From: Balanoglossus misakiensis
Lineage: Eukaryota; Animalia; Hemichordata
Assembly (NCBI GenBank): GCA_040954595.2
Contig: CM082594.2
Span: 642,208-706,207 of the forward strand
Reading direction: 5' to 3'
Length of the DNA: 64,000 nt
Part shown: positions 36,301 to 50,779 of the stretch, one piece after another
Position numbering within the stretch: position 1 is the stretch's first letter
Layout: every line of letters begins with the position of its first letter
The notes under the pieces: model-generated
Databases searched by the model: none
Seen by the model: the letters and a program-made list of their open reading frames with translations, nothing else
What the model was told of the DNA's origin: nothing
Translations under genes and position numbers: made by a program

Positions 36301-39300
36301 CATATAGAGCCGGTGCACCAGCCGAGTCACGCCGTAGGAAATCTGACTTGATCAACGTGGTCAATGTACGCCTGTTTCTGCTCTAGAGTGCCGGGGCTTC
36401 AGCTGAGCCAGGCCGTAGGAAACCCGACGTGATTACCGTTGTTAACTTACGCCAGTCTGTGTCCTATATATAGTGCCGGGGCATCAGCCGTGCCAGGCCG
36501 AAGGAAATGTGAGTAGATCAACGTGGTCTCTGTACGCGTGTTTCTGCTCTAGAGTGTCAGGGCTTTAGCAAAGCCATGCCGTAGGAAATCTGACTTGATC
36601 AACGTTGCTAACGAACGCTAGTGTCTGTCATAGTGTGCCGGGGTTTTAGTTGAGCCAAGCCGTAGGAGATCAGACTTGATCAACGTGGTCTCTGTACGCG
36701 TGTTTTTGCTCTAGAGTGCCGGGGCTTTATCCAAGCCATGCCGTAGAAAATCTGACTTGATCACCGTTGCTAACGTACGCTAGTGTCTGTCATATTGTGA
36801 CGGTGATTTAGCCGAGCCAGGTCGTAGAAAAATCGACTTGTTCAACGTTACCAGTGTGCAACTGTTTCTGCTCTAGAGTGTCAGGGTTTTAGCCGACTTA
36901 TGCTGTAGGAAATCTGAGTTGATGAACGGGAATTCAATGTTAGAAAACCCGTGTGGAAAGTATCCCTACCCGTTTGAATCTAAGAAAAGAATTTATTCTT
37001 ATTTATTTTGTAAAAAAGACAATTTTTCGAAAACATGTCGAAAATGGTAATTTTGTCTTGGGTGATTCAAATTATACCACATTTTCTGGAATTTGCAGCA
37101 CTTTTTACAAGAGAACGACACTTCATGCTCCATAATATTTCCGAAAATCAAGAAAAGAGTTTATTTTTTATGATTTTTTAAAAATGTACCATTTTGTCAA
37201 AATATGGCCAAAATGGCTATTTTTTCTTGAATTCCGTCAATATCTCTGCATTTTTGGAGTGGTCGAAAGTTTTAACATACAATCAACATATCATATATGA
37301 TCAGGGCACCAAATTTGAAGAACGAAGGTTTTTTTTATTTTATTTTTCAAAAAATGACATTTTCAAGGAAAATTTGATAAAACGCAATTTTGTCTGCAGT
37401 GAGACAAATTAGACGGTCTTTTGTGGAATTTGTATCGATATATATATATATACGAAGAGCATTCTATACTCCATCAGATTTCCGAAAATGTAGAAAACAG
37501 GTATTTTTTGTAATTTTCAAAAATTTACCATTTTGACCAAATTGTGGTTAAAATTGTTATTTTCGTGTTGAATGCCGCCAGTGTCACTGCTTTTAAAAGT
37601 CATAAAAACTTTTAACATGCAAGCAATTGCTTATATATGATCAGGTCACCGAATTAAAAAAATAAAGAATGTTTTGCCTAAAAATGACCTTTTTGGTGCA
37701 AAAACGAATAAAACGCAATTTTGTATTAAATCAGCTCATTCAGAGTGCATTTTTTATAATCAGCACCATTTTTACATATATTGGAAATTTCATACATCAT
37801 CAGATATCCAAATATGAAAAGATGATTTACATTTTAGATCATTGTCCAAAATTAGCTGATATCTGATAAATGTAGTATTTAACCGTTCTGTTCCCCCCCC
37901 CTACATTATATGCGGTACGCTGATGTCAGCTTACCCGGCAGTACTGCAGGCCGTGCCCCCAACTAACGTCGGTGTTTGAAACGCCCTGGTTAAATTCGGG
38001 CTTTCTCTATAAATTGACAGGCAATAAAGCAGTCCTACCGGAACAAATGTCGAGTGTTGACCCGCTGTGACTTTCCCTGTTCGGTTTGCCCGACTTAGCC
38101 AACGTCTTTGTACTAGAGTGTCGGGTCTTTTGCAGAGCCAGGCCGAAGGAAATCCGACTTGATCACCGTTGCTAACGAACGCTAGTGTCTGTCATGGTGT
38201 GCCGGGGTTTTAGTCGAGCCAGGCCGTAGGAGATCTGACTTGATCATCGTGGTCAATGTACGCGTGTTTCCGCTCTAAAGTGCCGGGGCTTCAGCTAAAC
38301 CAGGCCGTAGGAAATCCGACGTAATCACCGTTGATAACTTACGCCAGTCTGTGTCATATAGAGCCGGTGCACCAGCCGAGTCACGCCGTAGGAAATCTGA
38401 CTTGATCAACGTGGTCAATGTACGCCTGTTTCTGCTCTAGAGTGCCGGGGCTTCAGCTGAGCCAGGCCGTAGGAAACCCGACGTGATTACCGTTGTTAAC
38501 TTACGCCAGTCTGTGTCCTATATATAGTGCCGGGGCATCAGCCGTGCCAGGCCGAAGGAAATGTGAGTAGATCAACGTGGTCTCTGTACGCGTGTTTCTG
38601 CTCTAGAGTGTCAGGGCTTTAGCAAAGCCATGCCGTAGGAAATCTGACTTGATCAACGTTGCTAACGAACGCTAGTGTCTGTCATAGTGTGCCGGGGTTT
38701 TAGTCGAGCCAAGCCGTAGGAGATCAGACTTGATCAACGTGGTCTCTGTACGCGTGTTTCTGCTCTAGAGTGCCGGGGCTTTATCCAACCCATGCCGTTG
38801 AAAATCTGACTTGATCACCGTTGCTAACGTACGCTAGTGTCTGTCATATTGTGACGAGATTTAGCCGTGCCAGGCCGTAGAAAAATCGACTTGTTCAACG
38901 TTATCAGTGTGCAACTGTTTCTGCTCTAGAGTGTCAGGGTTTTAGCCGACTTATGCTGTAGGAAATCTGAGTTGATAAACGGGAATTCAATGTTTGAAAA
39001 CCCGTGTGGAAAGTATCTCTACCCGTTTGAAACTAAGAAAAGAATTTATTCTTATTTATTTTGTAAAAAAGACAATTTTTCGAAAACAAGTCGAAAATGG
39101 TAATTTTGTCTTGGGTGATTCAAATTATACCACATTTTCTGGAATTTGCAGCACTTTTTACAAAAGAACGACACATCATGCTCCATAATATTTCCGAAAA
39201 TGAAGAAAAGAGTTTATTTTTTATGATTTTTTAAAAATGTACCATTTTGTCAAAATATGGCCAAAATGGCTATTTTTTCTTGAATTCCGTCAATATCTCT

Positions 39301-42300
39301 GCATTTTTGGAGTGGTCGAAAGTTTTAACATACAATCAACATATCATATATGATCAGGGCACCAAATTCGAAGAACGAAGGTTTTTTTATTTTATTTTTC
39401 TAAAAATGACATTTTCAAGGAAAATTTGGTAAAACGCAATTTTGTCTGCAGTGAGCCAAATTAGACGGTCTTTTGTGGAATTTGTATCGATATATATATA
39501 CGAAGAGCATTCTATACTCCATCAGATTTCCGAAAATGTAGAAAACAGGTATTTTTTGTAATTTTCAAAAATTTACCATTTTGACCAAATTGTGGCTAAA
39601 ATTGTTATTTTCGTGTTGAATGCCGCCAGTGTCACTGCTTTTAAAAGTCATAAAAACTTTTAACATGCAAGAAATTGCTTATATATGATCAGGTCACCGA
39701 ATTAAAAAAATAAAGAATGTTTTGCCTAAAAATGACCTTTTTGGTGCAAAAACGAATAAAACGCAATTTTGTATTAAATCAGCTCATTCAGAGTGCATTT
39801 TTTATAATCAGCACCATTTTTACATATATTGGAAATTTCATACTTCATCAGATATCCAAATATGAAAAGATGATTTACATTTTAGATGATTGTCCAAAAT
39901 TAGCTGATATCTGATAAATGTAGTATTTAACCGTTCTGTTCCCCCCCCTACATTATATGCGGTACGCTGATGTCAGCTTACCCGGCAGTACTGCAGGCCG
40001 TGCCCCCAACTAACGTCGGTGTTTGAAACGCCCTGGTTAAATTCGGGCTTTCTCTATAAATTGACAGGCAATAAAGCAGTCCTACCGGAACAAATGTCGA
40101 GTGTTGACCCGCTGTGACTTTCCCTGTTCGGTTTGCCCGACTTAGCCAACGTCTTTGTACTAGAGTGTCGGGTCTTTTGCAGAGCCAGGCCGAAGGAAAT
40201 CCGACTTGATCACCGTTGCTAACGAACGCTAGTGTCTGTCATGGTGTGCCGGGGTTTTAGTCGAGCCAGGCCGTAGGAGATCTGACTTGATCATCGTGGT
40301 CAATGTACGCGTGTTTCCGCTCTAAAGTGCCGGGGCTTCAGCTAAACCAGGCCGTAGGAAATCCGACGTAATCACCGTTGATAACTTACGCCAGTCTGTG
40401 TCATATAGAGCCGGTGCACCAGCCGAGTAACGCCGTAGGAAATCTGACTTGATCAACGTGGTCAATGTACGCCTGTTTCTGCTCTAGAGTGCCGGGGCTT
40501 CAGCTGAGCCAGGCCGTAGGAAACCCGACGTGATTACCGTTGTTAACTTACGCCAGTCTGTGTCCTATATATAGTGCCGGGGCATCAGCCGTGCCAGGCC
40601 GAAGGAAATGTGAGTAGATCAACGTGGTCTCTGTACGCGTGTTTCTGCTCTAGAGTGCCGGGGCTTTATCCAACCCATGCCGTTGAAAATCTGACTTGAT
40701 CACCGTTGCTTACGTACGCTAGTGTCTGTCATATTGTGACGAGATTTAGCCGTGCCAGGCCGTAGAAAAATCGACTTGTTCAACGTTATCAGTGTGCAAC
40801 TGTTTCTGCTCTAGAGTGTCAGGGTTTTAGCCGACTTATGCTGTAGGAAATCTGAGTTGATAAACGGGAATTCAATGTTAGAAAACCCGTGTGGAAAGTA
40901 TCTCTACCCGTTTGAAACTAAGAAAAGAATTTATTCTTATTTATTTTGTAAAAAAGACAATTTTTCGAAAACAAGTCGAAAATGGTAATTTTGTCTTGGG
41001 TGATTCAAATTATACCACATTTTCTGGAATTTGCAGCACTTTTTACAAGAGAACGACACTTCATGCTCCATAATATTTCCGAAAATGAAGAAAAGAGTTT
41101 ATTTTTTATGATTTTTTAAAAATGTACCATTTTGTCAAAATATGGCCAAAATGGCTATTTTTTCTTGAATTCCGTCAATATCTCTGCATTTTTGGAGTGG
41201 TCGAAAGTTTTAACATACAATCAACATATCATATATGATCAGGGCACCAAATTCGAAGAACGAAGGTTTTTTTATTTTATTTTTCTAAAAATGACATTTT
41301 CAAGGAAAATTTGGTAAAACGCAATTTTGTCTGCAGTGAGCCAAATTAGACGGTCTTTTGTGGAATTTGTATCGATATATATATACGAAGAGCATTCTAT
41401 ACTCCATCAGATTTCCGAAAATGTAGAAAACAGGTATTTTTTGTAATTTTCAAAAATTTACCATTTTGACCAAATTGTGGTTAAAATTGTTATTTTCGTG
41501 TTGAATGCCGCCAGTGTCACTGCTTTTAAAAGTCATAAAAACTTTTAACATGCAAGCAATTGCTTATATATGATCAGGTCACCGAATTAAAAAAATAAAG
41601 AATGTTTTGCCTAAAAATGACCTTTTTGGTGCAAAAACGAATAAAACGCAATTTTGTATTAAATCAGCTCATTCAGAGTGCATTTTTTATAATCAGCACC
41701 ATTTTTACATATATTGGAAATTTCATACATCATCAGATATCCAAATATGAAAAGATGATTTACATTTTAGATGATTGTCCAAAATTAGCTGATATCTGAT
41801 AAATGTAGTATTTAACCGTTCTGTTCCCCCCCCCCCCCTACATTATATGCGGTACGCTGATGTCAGCTTACCCGGCAGTACTGCAGGCCGTGCCCCCAAC
41901 TAACGTCGGTGTTTGAAACGCCCTGGTTAAATTCGGGCTTTCTCTATAAATTGACAGGCAATAATGCAGTCCTACCGGAACAAATGTCGAGTGTTGACCC
42001 GCTGTGACTTTCCCTGTTCGGTTTGCCCGACTTAGCCAACGTCTTTGTACTAGAGTGTCGGGTCTTTTGCAGAGCCAGGCCGAAGGAAATCCGACTTGAT
42101 CACCGTTGCTAACGAACGCTAGTGTCTGTCATGGTGTGCCGGGGTTTTAGTCGAGCCAGGCCGTAGGAGATCTGACTTGATCATCGTGGTCAATGTACGC
42201 GTGTTTCCGCTCTAAAGTGCCGGGGCTTCAGCTAAACCAGGCCGTAGGAAATCCGACGTAATCACCGTTGATAACTTACGCCAGTCTGTGTCATATAGAG

Positions 42301-45300
42301 CCGGTGCACCAGCCGAGTCACGCCGTAGGAAATCTGACTTGATCAACGTGGTCAATGTACGCCTGTTTCTGCTCTAGAGTGCCGGGGCTTCAGCTGAGCC
42401 AGGCCGTAGGAAACCCGACGTGATTACCGTTGTTAACTTACGCCAGTCTGTGTCCTATATATAGTGCCGGGGCATCAGCCGTGCCAGGCCGAAGGAAATG
42501 TGAGTAGATCAACGTGGTCTCTGTACGCGTGTTTCTGCTCTAGAGTGTCAGGGCTTTAGCAAAGCCATGCCGTAGGAAATCTGACTTGATCAACGTTGCT
42601 AACGAACGCTAGTGTCTGTCATAGTGTGCCGGGGTTTTAGTCGAGCCAAGCCGTAGGAGATCAGACTTGATCAACGTGGTCTCTGTACGCGTGTTTCTGC
42701 TCTAGAGTGCCGGGGCTTTATCCAACCCATGCCGTTGAAAATCTGACTTGATCACCGTTGCTAACGTACGATAGTGTCTGTCATATTGTGACGGAGATTT
42801 AGCCGAGCCAGGCCGTAGAAAAATCGACTTTTTCAACGTTACCAGTGTGCAACTGTTTCTGCTCTAAAGTCTCAGGGTTTTAGCCGACTTATGCTGTAGG
42901 AAATCTGAGTTGATGAACGGGAATTCAATGTTAGAAAACCCGTGTGGAAAGTATCTCTACCCGTTTGAAACTAAGAAAAGAATTAATTCTTATTTATTTT
43001 GTAAAAAAGACAATTTTTCGAAAAAAAGTCGAAAATGGTAATTTTGTCTTGGGTGATTCAAATTATACCGCCTTTTCTGGAATTTGCAGCACTTTTTACA
43101 AAAGAACGACACATCATGCTCCATAATATTTCCGAAAATGAAGAAAAGAGTTAATTTTTTTATGATTTTTTAAAAATTTACCATTTTTGTCAAAATATGG
43201 CCAAAATGGCTATTTTTTCTTGAATTCCGTCAATATCTCTGCATTTTTGGAGTGGTCGAAAGTTTTAACATACAATCAACATGTCATATATGATCAGGGC
43301 ACCAAATTCGAAGATAAAAGGTTTTTTTATTTTTTTTTCTAAAAATGACATTTTCAAGGAAAATTTTGTAAAACGCAATTTTGTCTGCAGTGAGCTAAAT
43401 TAGACGGTCTTTTGTGGAATTTGTATCGATATATACGTACGAAGAGCATTCTATACTCCATCAGATTTCCGAAAATGTAGAAAACAGGTATTTTTTGTAA
43501 TTTTCAAAAAATTACCATTTTGACCAAATTGTGGCTAAAATTGTTATTTTCGTGTTGAATGCCGCCAGTGTCACTGCTTTTAAAAGTCATAAAAACTTTT
43601 AACATACAAGCAATTGTTTATATATGATCAGGTCACCGAATTAAAAAAATAAAGAATGTTTTGCCTAAAAATGACCTTTTTGGTGCAAAAACGAATAAAA
43701 CGCAATTTTTGTATTAAATCAGCTCATTCAGAGTGCATTTTTTATAATCAGCACCATTTTTACATATAATGGAAATGTCATACATCATCAGATATCCAAA
43801 TATGAAAAGATGATTTACATTTTAGATGATTGTCCAAAATTAGCTGATATCTGATAAATGTAGTATTTAACCGTTCTGTCCCCCCCCCCTACATTATATG
43901 CGGTACGCTGATGTCAGCTTACCCGGCAGTACTGCAGGCCGTGCCCCCAACTAACGTCGGTGTTTGAAACGCCCTGGTTAAATTCGGGCTTTCTCTATAA
44001 ATTGACAGGCAATAATGCAGTCCTACCGGAACAAATGTCGAGTGTTGACCCGCTGTGACTTTCCCTGTTCGGTTTGCCCGACTTAGCCAACGTCTTTGTA
44101 CTAGAGTGTCGGGTCTTTTACAGAGCCAGGCCGAAGGAAATCCGACTTGATCACCGTTGCTAACGAACGCTAGTGTCTGTCATGGTGTGCCGGGGTTTTA
44201 GTCGAGCCAGGCCGTAGGAGATCTGACTTGATCATCGTGGTCAATGTACGCGTGTTTCCGCTCTAAAGTGCCGGGGCTTCAGCTAAACCAGGCCGTAGGA
44301 AATCCGACGTAATCACCGTTGATAACTTACGCCAGTATGTGTCATATAGAGCCGGTGCACCAGCCGAGTCACGCCGTAGGAAATCTGACTTGATCAACGT
44401 GGTCAATGTACGCCTGTTTCTGCTCTAGAGTGCCGGGGCTTCAGCTGAGCCAGGCCGTAAGAAAACCCGACGTGATTACCGTTGTTAACTTACGCCAGTC
44501 TGTGTCCTATATATAGTGCCGGGGCATCAGCCGTGCCAGGCCGAAGGAAATGTGAGAAGATCAACGTGGTCTCTGTACGCGTGTTTCTGCTCTAGAGTGC
44601 CAGGGCTTTAGTTAAGCCATGCCGTAGGAAATCTGACTTGATCAAAGTTGCTAACGAACGCTAGTGTCTGTCATAGTGTGCCGGGGTTTTAGTCGAGCCA
44701 AGCCGTAGGAGATCAGACTTGATCAACGTGGTCTCTGTACGCGTGTTTCTGCTCTAGAGTGCCGGGGCTTTATCCAAGCCATGCCGTAGAAAATCTGACT
44801 TGATCACCGTTGCTAACGTACGCTAGTGTCTGTCATATTGTGACGGAGATTTAGCCGAGCCAGGTCGTAGAAAAATCGACTTGTTCAACGTTACCAGTGT
44901 GCAACTGTTTCTGCTCTAGAGTGTCAGGGTTTTAGCCGACTTATGCTGTAGGAAATCTGAGTTGATGAACGGGAATTCAATGTTAGAAAACCCGTGTGGA
45001 AAGTATCTCTACCCGTTTGAAACTAAGAAAAGAATTTATTCTTATTTATTTTGTAAAAAAAGACAATTTTTCGAAAAAAAGTTGAAAATGGTAATTTTGT
45101 CTTGGGTGATTCAAATTATACCGCCTTTTCTGGAATTTGCAGCACTTTTTGCAAGAGAACGACACTTCATGCTCCATAATATTTCCGAAAATGAAGAAAA
45201 GAGTTAATTTTTTATGATTTTTCAAAAATTTACCATTTTTGTCAAAATATGGCCAAAATGGCTATTTTTCTTGAATTCCGTCAATATCTCTGCATTTTTG

Positions 45301-48300
45301 GAGTGGTCGAGAATTTTAACATACAATCAACATGTCATATATGATCAGGGCACCAAATTCGAAGAACAAAGGTTTTTTTATTTTTTTTTCTAAAAATGAC
45401 ATTTTCAAGGAAAATTTGGTAAAACGCAATTTTGTCTGCAGTGAGCCAAATTAGACGGTCTTTTGTGGAATTTGTATCGATATATACATACGAAGAGCAT
45501 TATATACTCCATCAGATTTCCGAAAATGTAGAAAACAGGTATTTTTTGTAATTTTCAAAAATTTACCATTTTGACCAAATTGTGGCTAAAATTGTTATTT
45601 TCGTGATGAATGCCGCCAGTGTCACTGCTTTTAAAAGTCATAAAAACTTTTAACATACAAGCAATTGTTTATATATGATCAGGTCACCGAATTAAAAATA
45701 TAAAGAATGTTTTGCCTAAAAATGACCTTTTTGGTGCAAAAACGAATAAAACGCAATCTTGTATTAAATCAGTTCATTCAGAGTGCATGTTTTATAATAA
45801 GCACCATTTTTACATATAATGGAAATTTCATACATCATCAGATATCCAAATATGAAAAAATGATTTAGATTTTAGATGATTGTCCAAAATTAGCTGATAT
45901 CTAATAAATGTAGTATTGAACCGTTCTGTCCCCCCCCCCTTACATTATATGCGGTACGCCGATGTCAGCTTACCCGGCAGTACTGCAGGCCGTGCCCCCA
46001 ACTAACGTCGGTGTTTGGAACGCCCTGGTTAAATTCGGGCTTTCTCTATAAATTGACAGGCAATAATGCAGTCCTACCCGACCAAATGTCGAGTGTTGAC
46101 CCGCTGTGACTTTCCCTCTTCGGTTTGCCCGACTTAGCCAACGTCTTTGTACTAGAGTGTCGGGTCTTTTGCAGAGCCAGGCCGAAGGAAATCCGACTTG
46201 ATCACCGTTGCTAACGAACGCTAGTGTCTGTCATAGTGTGCCGGGGTTTTAGTCGAGTCAAGCCGTAGGAGATCGGACTTGATCAACGTGGTCTCTGTAC
46301 GCGTGTTTCTGCTCTAGAGTGCCGGGGCTTTATCCAAGCCATGCCGTAGAAAATCTGACTTGATCACCGTTGCTAACGTACGCTAGTGTCTGTCATATTG
46401 TGACGGAGATTTAGCCGAGCCAGGTCGTAGAAAAATCGACTTGTTCAACGTTACCAGTGTGCAACTGTTTCTGCTCTAGAGTGTCAGGGTTTTAGCCGAC
46501 TTATGCTGTAGGAAATCTGAGTTGATGAACGGGAATTCAATGTTAGAAAACCCGTGTGGAAAGTATCTCTACCCGTTTGAAACTAAGAAAAGAATTTATT
46601 CTTATTTATTTTGTAAAAAAGACAATTTTTCGAAAAAAAGTTGAAAATGGTAATTTTGTCTTGGGTGATTCAAATTATACTGCCTTTTCTGGAATTTGCA
46701 GCACTTTTTGCAAGAGAACGACACTTCATGCTCCATAATATTTCCGAAAATGAAGAAATAAGTTAATTTTTTATGATTTTTCAAAAATTTACCATTTTTG
46801 TCAAAATATGGCCAAAATGGCTATTACTCTTGAATTCCGTCAATATCTCTGCATTTTTGGAGTGGTCGAGAGTTTTAACATGCAATCAACATGTCATATA
46901 TGATCAGGGCACCAAATTCGAAGAACAAAGGTTTTTTTATTTTTTTTTCTAAAAATGACATTTTCAAGGAAAATTTGGTAAAACGCAATTTTGTCTGCAG
47001 TGAGCCAAATTAGACGGTCTTTTGTGGAATTTGTATCGATATATACATACGAAGAGCATTCTATACTCCATCAGATTTCCGAAAATGTAGAAAACAGGTA
47101 TTTTTTGTAATTTTCAAAAATTTACCATTTTGACCAAATTGTGGCTAAAATTGTTATTTTCGTGATGAATGCCGCCAGTGTCACTGCTTTTAAAAGTCAT
47201 AAAAACTTTTAACATACAAGCAATTGTTTATATATGATCAGGTCACCGAATTAAAAATATAAAGAATGTTTTGCCTAAAAATGACCTTTTTGGTGCAAAA
47301 ACGAATAAAACGCAATCTTGTATTAAATCAGTTCATTCAGAGTGCATGTTTTATAATAAGCACCATTTTTACATATAATGGAAATTTCATACATCATCAG
47401 ATATCCAAATATGAAAAAATGATTTAGATTTTAGATGATTGTCCAAAATTAGCTGATATCTAATAAATGTAGTATTGAACCGTTCTGTCCCCCCCCCCCC
47501 TTACATTATATGCGGTACGCCGATGTCAGCTTACCCGGCAGTACTGCAGGCCGTGCCCCCAACTAACGTCGGTGTTTGGAACGCCCTGGTTAAATTCGGG
47601 CTTTCTCTATAAATTGACAGGCAATAATGCAGTCCTACCCGACCAAATGTCGAGTGTTGACCCGCTGTGACTTTCCCTCTTCGGTTTGCCCGACTTAGCC
47701 AACGTCTTTGTACTAGAGTGTCGGGTCTTTTGCAGAGCCAGGCCGAAGGAAATCCGACTTGATCACCGTTGCTAACGAACGCTAGTGTCTGTCATGGTGT
47801 GCCGGGGTTTTAGTCGAGCCAGGCCGTAGGAGATCTGACTTGATCATCGTGGTCAATGTACGCGTGTTTCCGCTCTAAAGTGCCGGGGCTTCAGCTAAAC
47901 CAGGCCGTAGGAAATCCGACGTAATCACCGTTGATAACTTACGCCAGTCTGTGTCATATAGAGCCGGTGCACCAGCCGAGTCACGCCGAAGGAAATCTGA
48001 CTTGATCAACGTGGTCAATGTACGCGTGTTTCCGCTCTAAAGTGCCGGGGCTTCAGCTAAACCAGGCCGTAGGAAATCCGACGTAATCACCGTTGTTAAC
48101 TTACGCCAGTCTGTGTCCTATATATAGTGCCGGGGCATCAGCCGTGCCAGGCCGATGGAAATGTGAGTAGATCAACGTGGTCTCTGTACGCGTGTTTCTG
48201 CTCTAGAGTGTCAGGGCTTTAGCAAAGCCATGCCGTAGGAAATCTGACTTGATCAACGTTGCTAACGAACGCTAGTGTCTGTCATAGTGTGCCGGGGTTT

Positions 48301-50779
48301 TATTCGAGCCAAGCCGTAGGAGATCAGACTTGATCAACGTGGTCTCTGTACGCGTGTTTCTGCTCTAGAGTGCCGGGGCTTTATCCAACCCATGCCGTTG
48401 AAAATCTGACTTGATCACCGTTGCTAACGTACGCTAGTGTCTGTCATATTGTGACGAGATTTAGCCGAGCCAGGCCGTAGAAAAATCGACTTGTTCAACG
48501 TTATCAGTGTGCAACTGTTTCTGCTCTAGAGTGTCAGGGTTTTAGCCGACTTATGCTGTAGGAAATCTGAGTTGATGAACGGGAATTCAATGTTAGAAAA
48601 CCCGTGTGGAAAGTATCTCTACCCGTTTGAAACTAAGAAAAGAATTTATTCTTATTTATTTTGTAAAAAAGACAATTTTTCGAAAACAAGTCGAAAATGG
48701 TAATTTTGTCTTGGGTGATTCAAATTATACCACATTTTCTGGAATTTGCAGCACTTTTTACAAGAGAACGACACTTCATGCTCCATAATATTTCCGAAAA
48801 TGAAGAAAAGAGTTTTATTTTTTATGATTTTTTAAAAATGTACCATTTTGTCAAAATATGGCCAAAATGGCTATTTTTTCTTGAATTCCGTCAATATCTC
48901 TGCATTTTTGGAGTGGTCGAAAGTTTTAACATACAATCAACATGTCATATATGATCAGGGCACTAAGTTCGAAGAACGAAGGTTTTTTTATTTTATTTTT
49001 CTAAAAATGACATTTTCAAGGAAAATTTGGTAAAACGCAATTTTGTCTGCAGTGAGCCAAATTAGACGGTCTTTTGTGGAATTGGTATCGATATATATAT
49101 ACGAAGAGCATTCTATACTCCATCAGATTTCCGAAAATGTAGAAAACAGGTATTTTTTGTAATTTTCAAAAATTTACCATTTTGACCAAATTGTGGTTAA
49201 AATTGTTATTTTCGTGTTGAATGCCGCCAGTGTCACTGCTTTTAAAAGTCATAAAAACTTTTAACATGCAAGCAATTGCTTATATATGATCAGGTCACCG
49301 AATTAAAAAAATAAAGAATGTTTTGCCTAAAAATGACCTTTTTGGTGCAAAAACGAATAAAACGCAATTTTGTATTAAATCAGCTCATTCAGAGTGCATT
49401 TTTTATAATCAGCACCATTTTTACATATAATGGAAATTTCATACATCATCAGATATCCAAATATGAAAAAATGATTTAGATTTTAGATGATTGTCCAAAA
49501 CTAGCTGATATCTAATAAATGTAGTATTGAACCGTTCTGTCCCCCCCCCCCCCTACATTATATGCGGTACACCGATGTCAGCTTACCCGGCAGTACTGCA
49601 GGCCGTGCCCCCAAATAACGTCCTTGTTTGAAACGCCCTGGTTAAATTCGGGCTTTCTCTATAAATTGACAGGCAATAATGCAGTCCTACCCGAACAAAT
49701 GTCGAGTGTTGACCCGCTGCGACTTTCCCTCTTCGGTTTGCCCGACTTAGCCAACGTCTTTGTACTAATGTGTCGGGTCTTTTGCAGAGCCAGGCCGAAG
49801 GAAATCCGACTTGATCACCGTTGCTAACGAACGCTAGTGTCTGTCATGGTGTGCCGTGGTTTTAGTCGAGCCAGGCCGTAGGAGATCTGACTTGATCATC
49901 GTGGTCAATGTACGCGTGTTTCCGCTCCACAGTGCCGGGGCTTCAGCTAAACCATGCCGTAGGAAATCTGGCGTAATCACCGTTGATAACTCACGCCAGT
50001 GTGTGTCATATAGAGCCGGTGCACCAGCCGAGTCACGCCGTAGGAAATCTGACTTGATCAACGTGGTCAATGTACGCCTGTTTCTGCTCAAAAGTGCCGG
50101 GGCTTTAGCTAAACCATGCCGTAGGAAATCCGACGTAATCACCGAAAATAACTCACGCCAGTGTGTGTCATATAGAGCCGGTGCACCAGCCGAGTCACGC
50201 CGTAGGAAATCTGACTTGATCAACGTGGTCAATGTACGCCTGTTTCTGCTCTAGAGTGCCGGGGCTTCAGCTGAGCCAGGCCGAAGGAAATGTGAGTAGA
50301 TCAACGTGGTCTCTGTACGCGTGTTTCTGCTCTAGAGTGTCAGGGCTTTAGCAAAGCCATGCCGTAGGAAATCTGACTTGATCAACGTTGCTAACGAACG
50401 CTAGTGTCTGTCATAGTGTGCCGGGGTTTTAGTCGAGCCAAGCCGTAGGAGATCAGACTTGATCAACGTGGTCTCTGTATGCGTGTTTCTGCTCTAGAGT
50501 GCCGGGGCTTTATCCAACCCATGCCGTTGAAAATCTGACTTGATCACCGTTGCTAACGTACGCTAGTGTCTGTCATATTGTGACGAGATTTAGCCGTGCC
50601 AGGCCGTAGAAAAATCGACTTGTTCAACGTTATCAGTGTGCAACTGTTTCTGCTCTAGAGTGTCAGGGTTTTAGCCGACTTATGCTGTAGGAAATCTGAG
50701 TTGATAAACGGGAATTCAATGTTAGAAAACCCGTGTGGAAAGTATCTCTACCCGTTTGAAACTAAGAAAAGAATTTATT

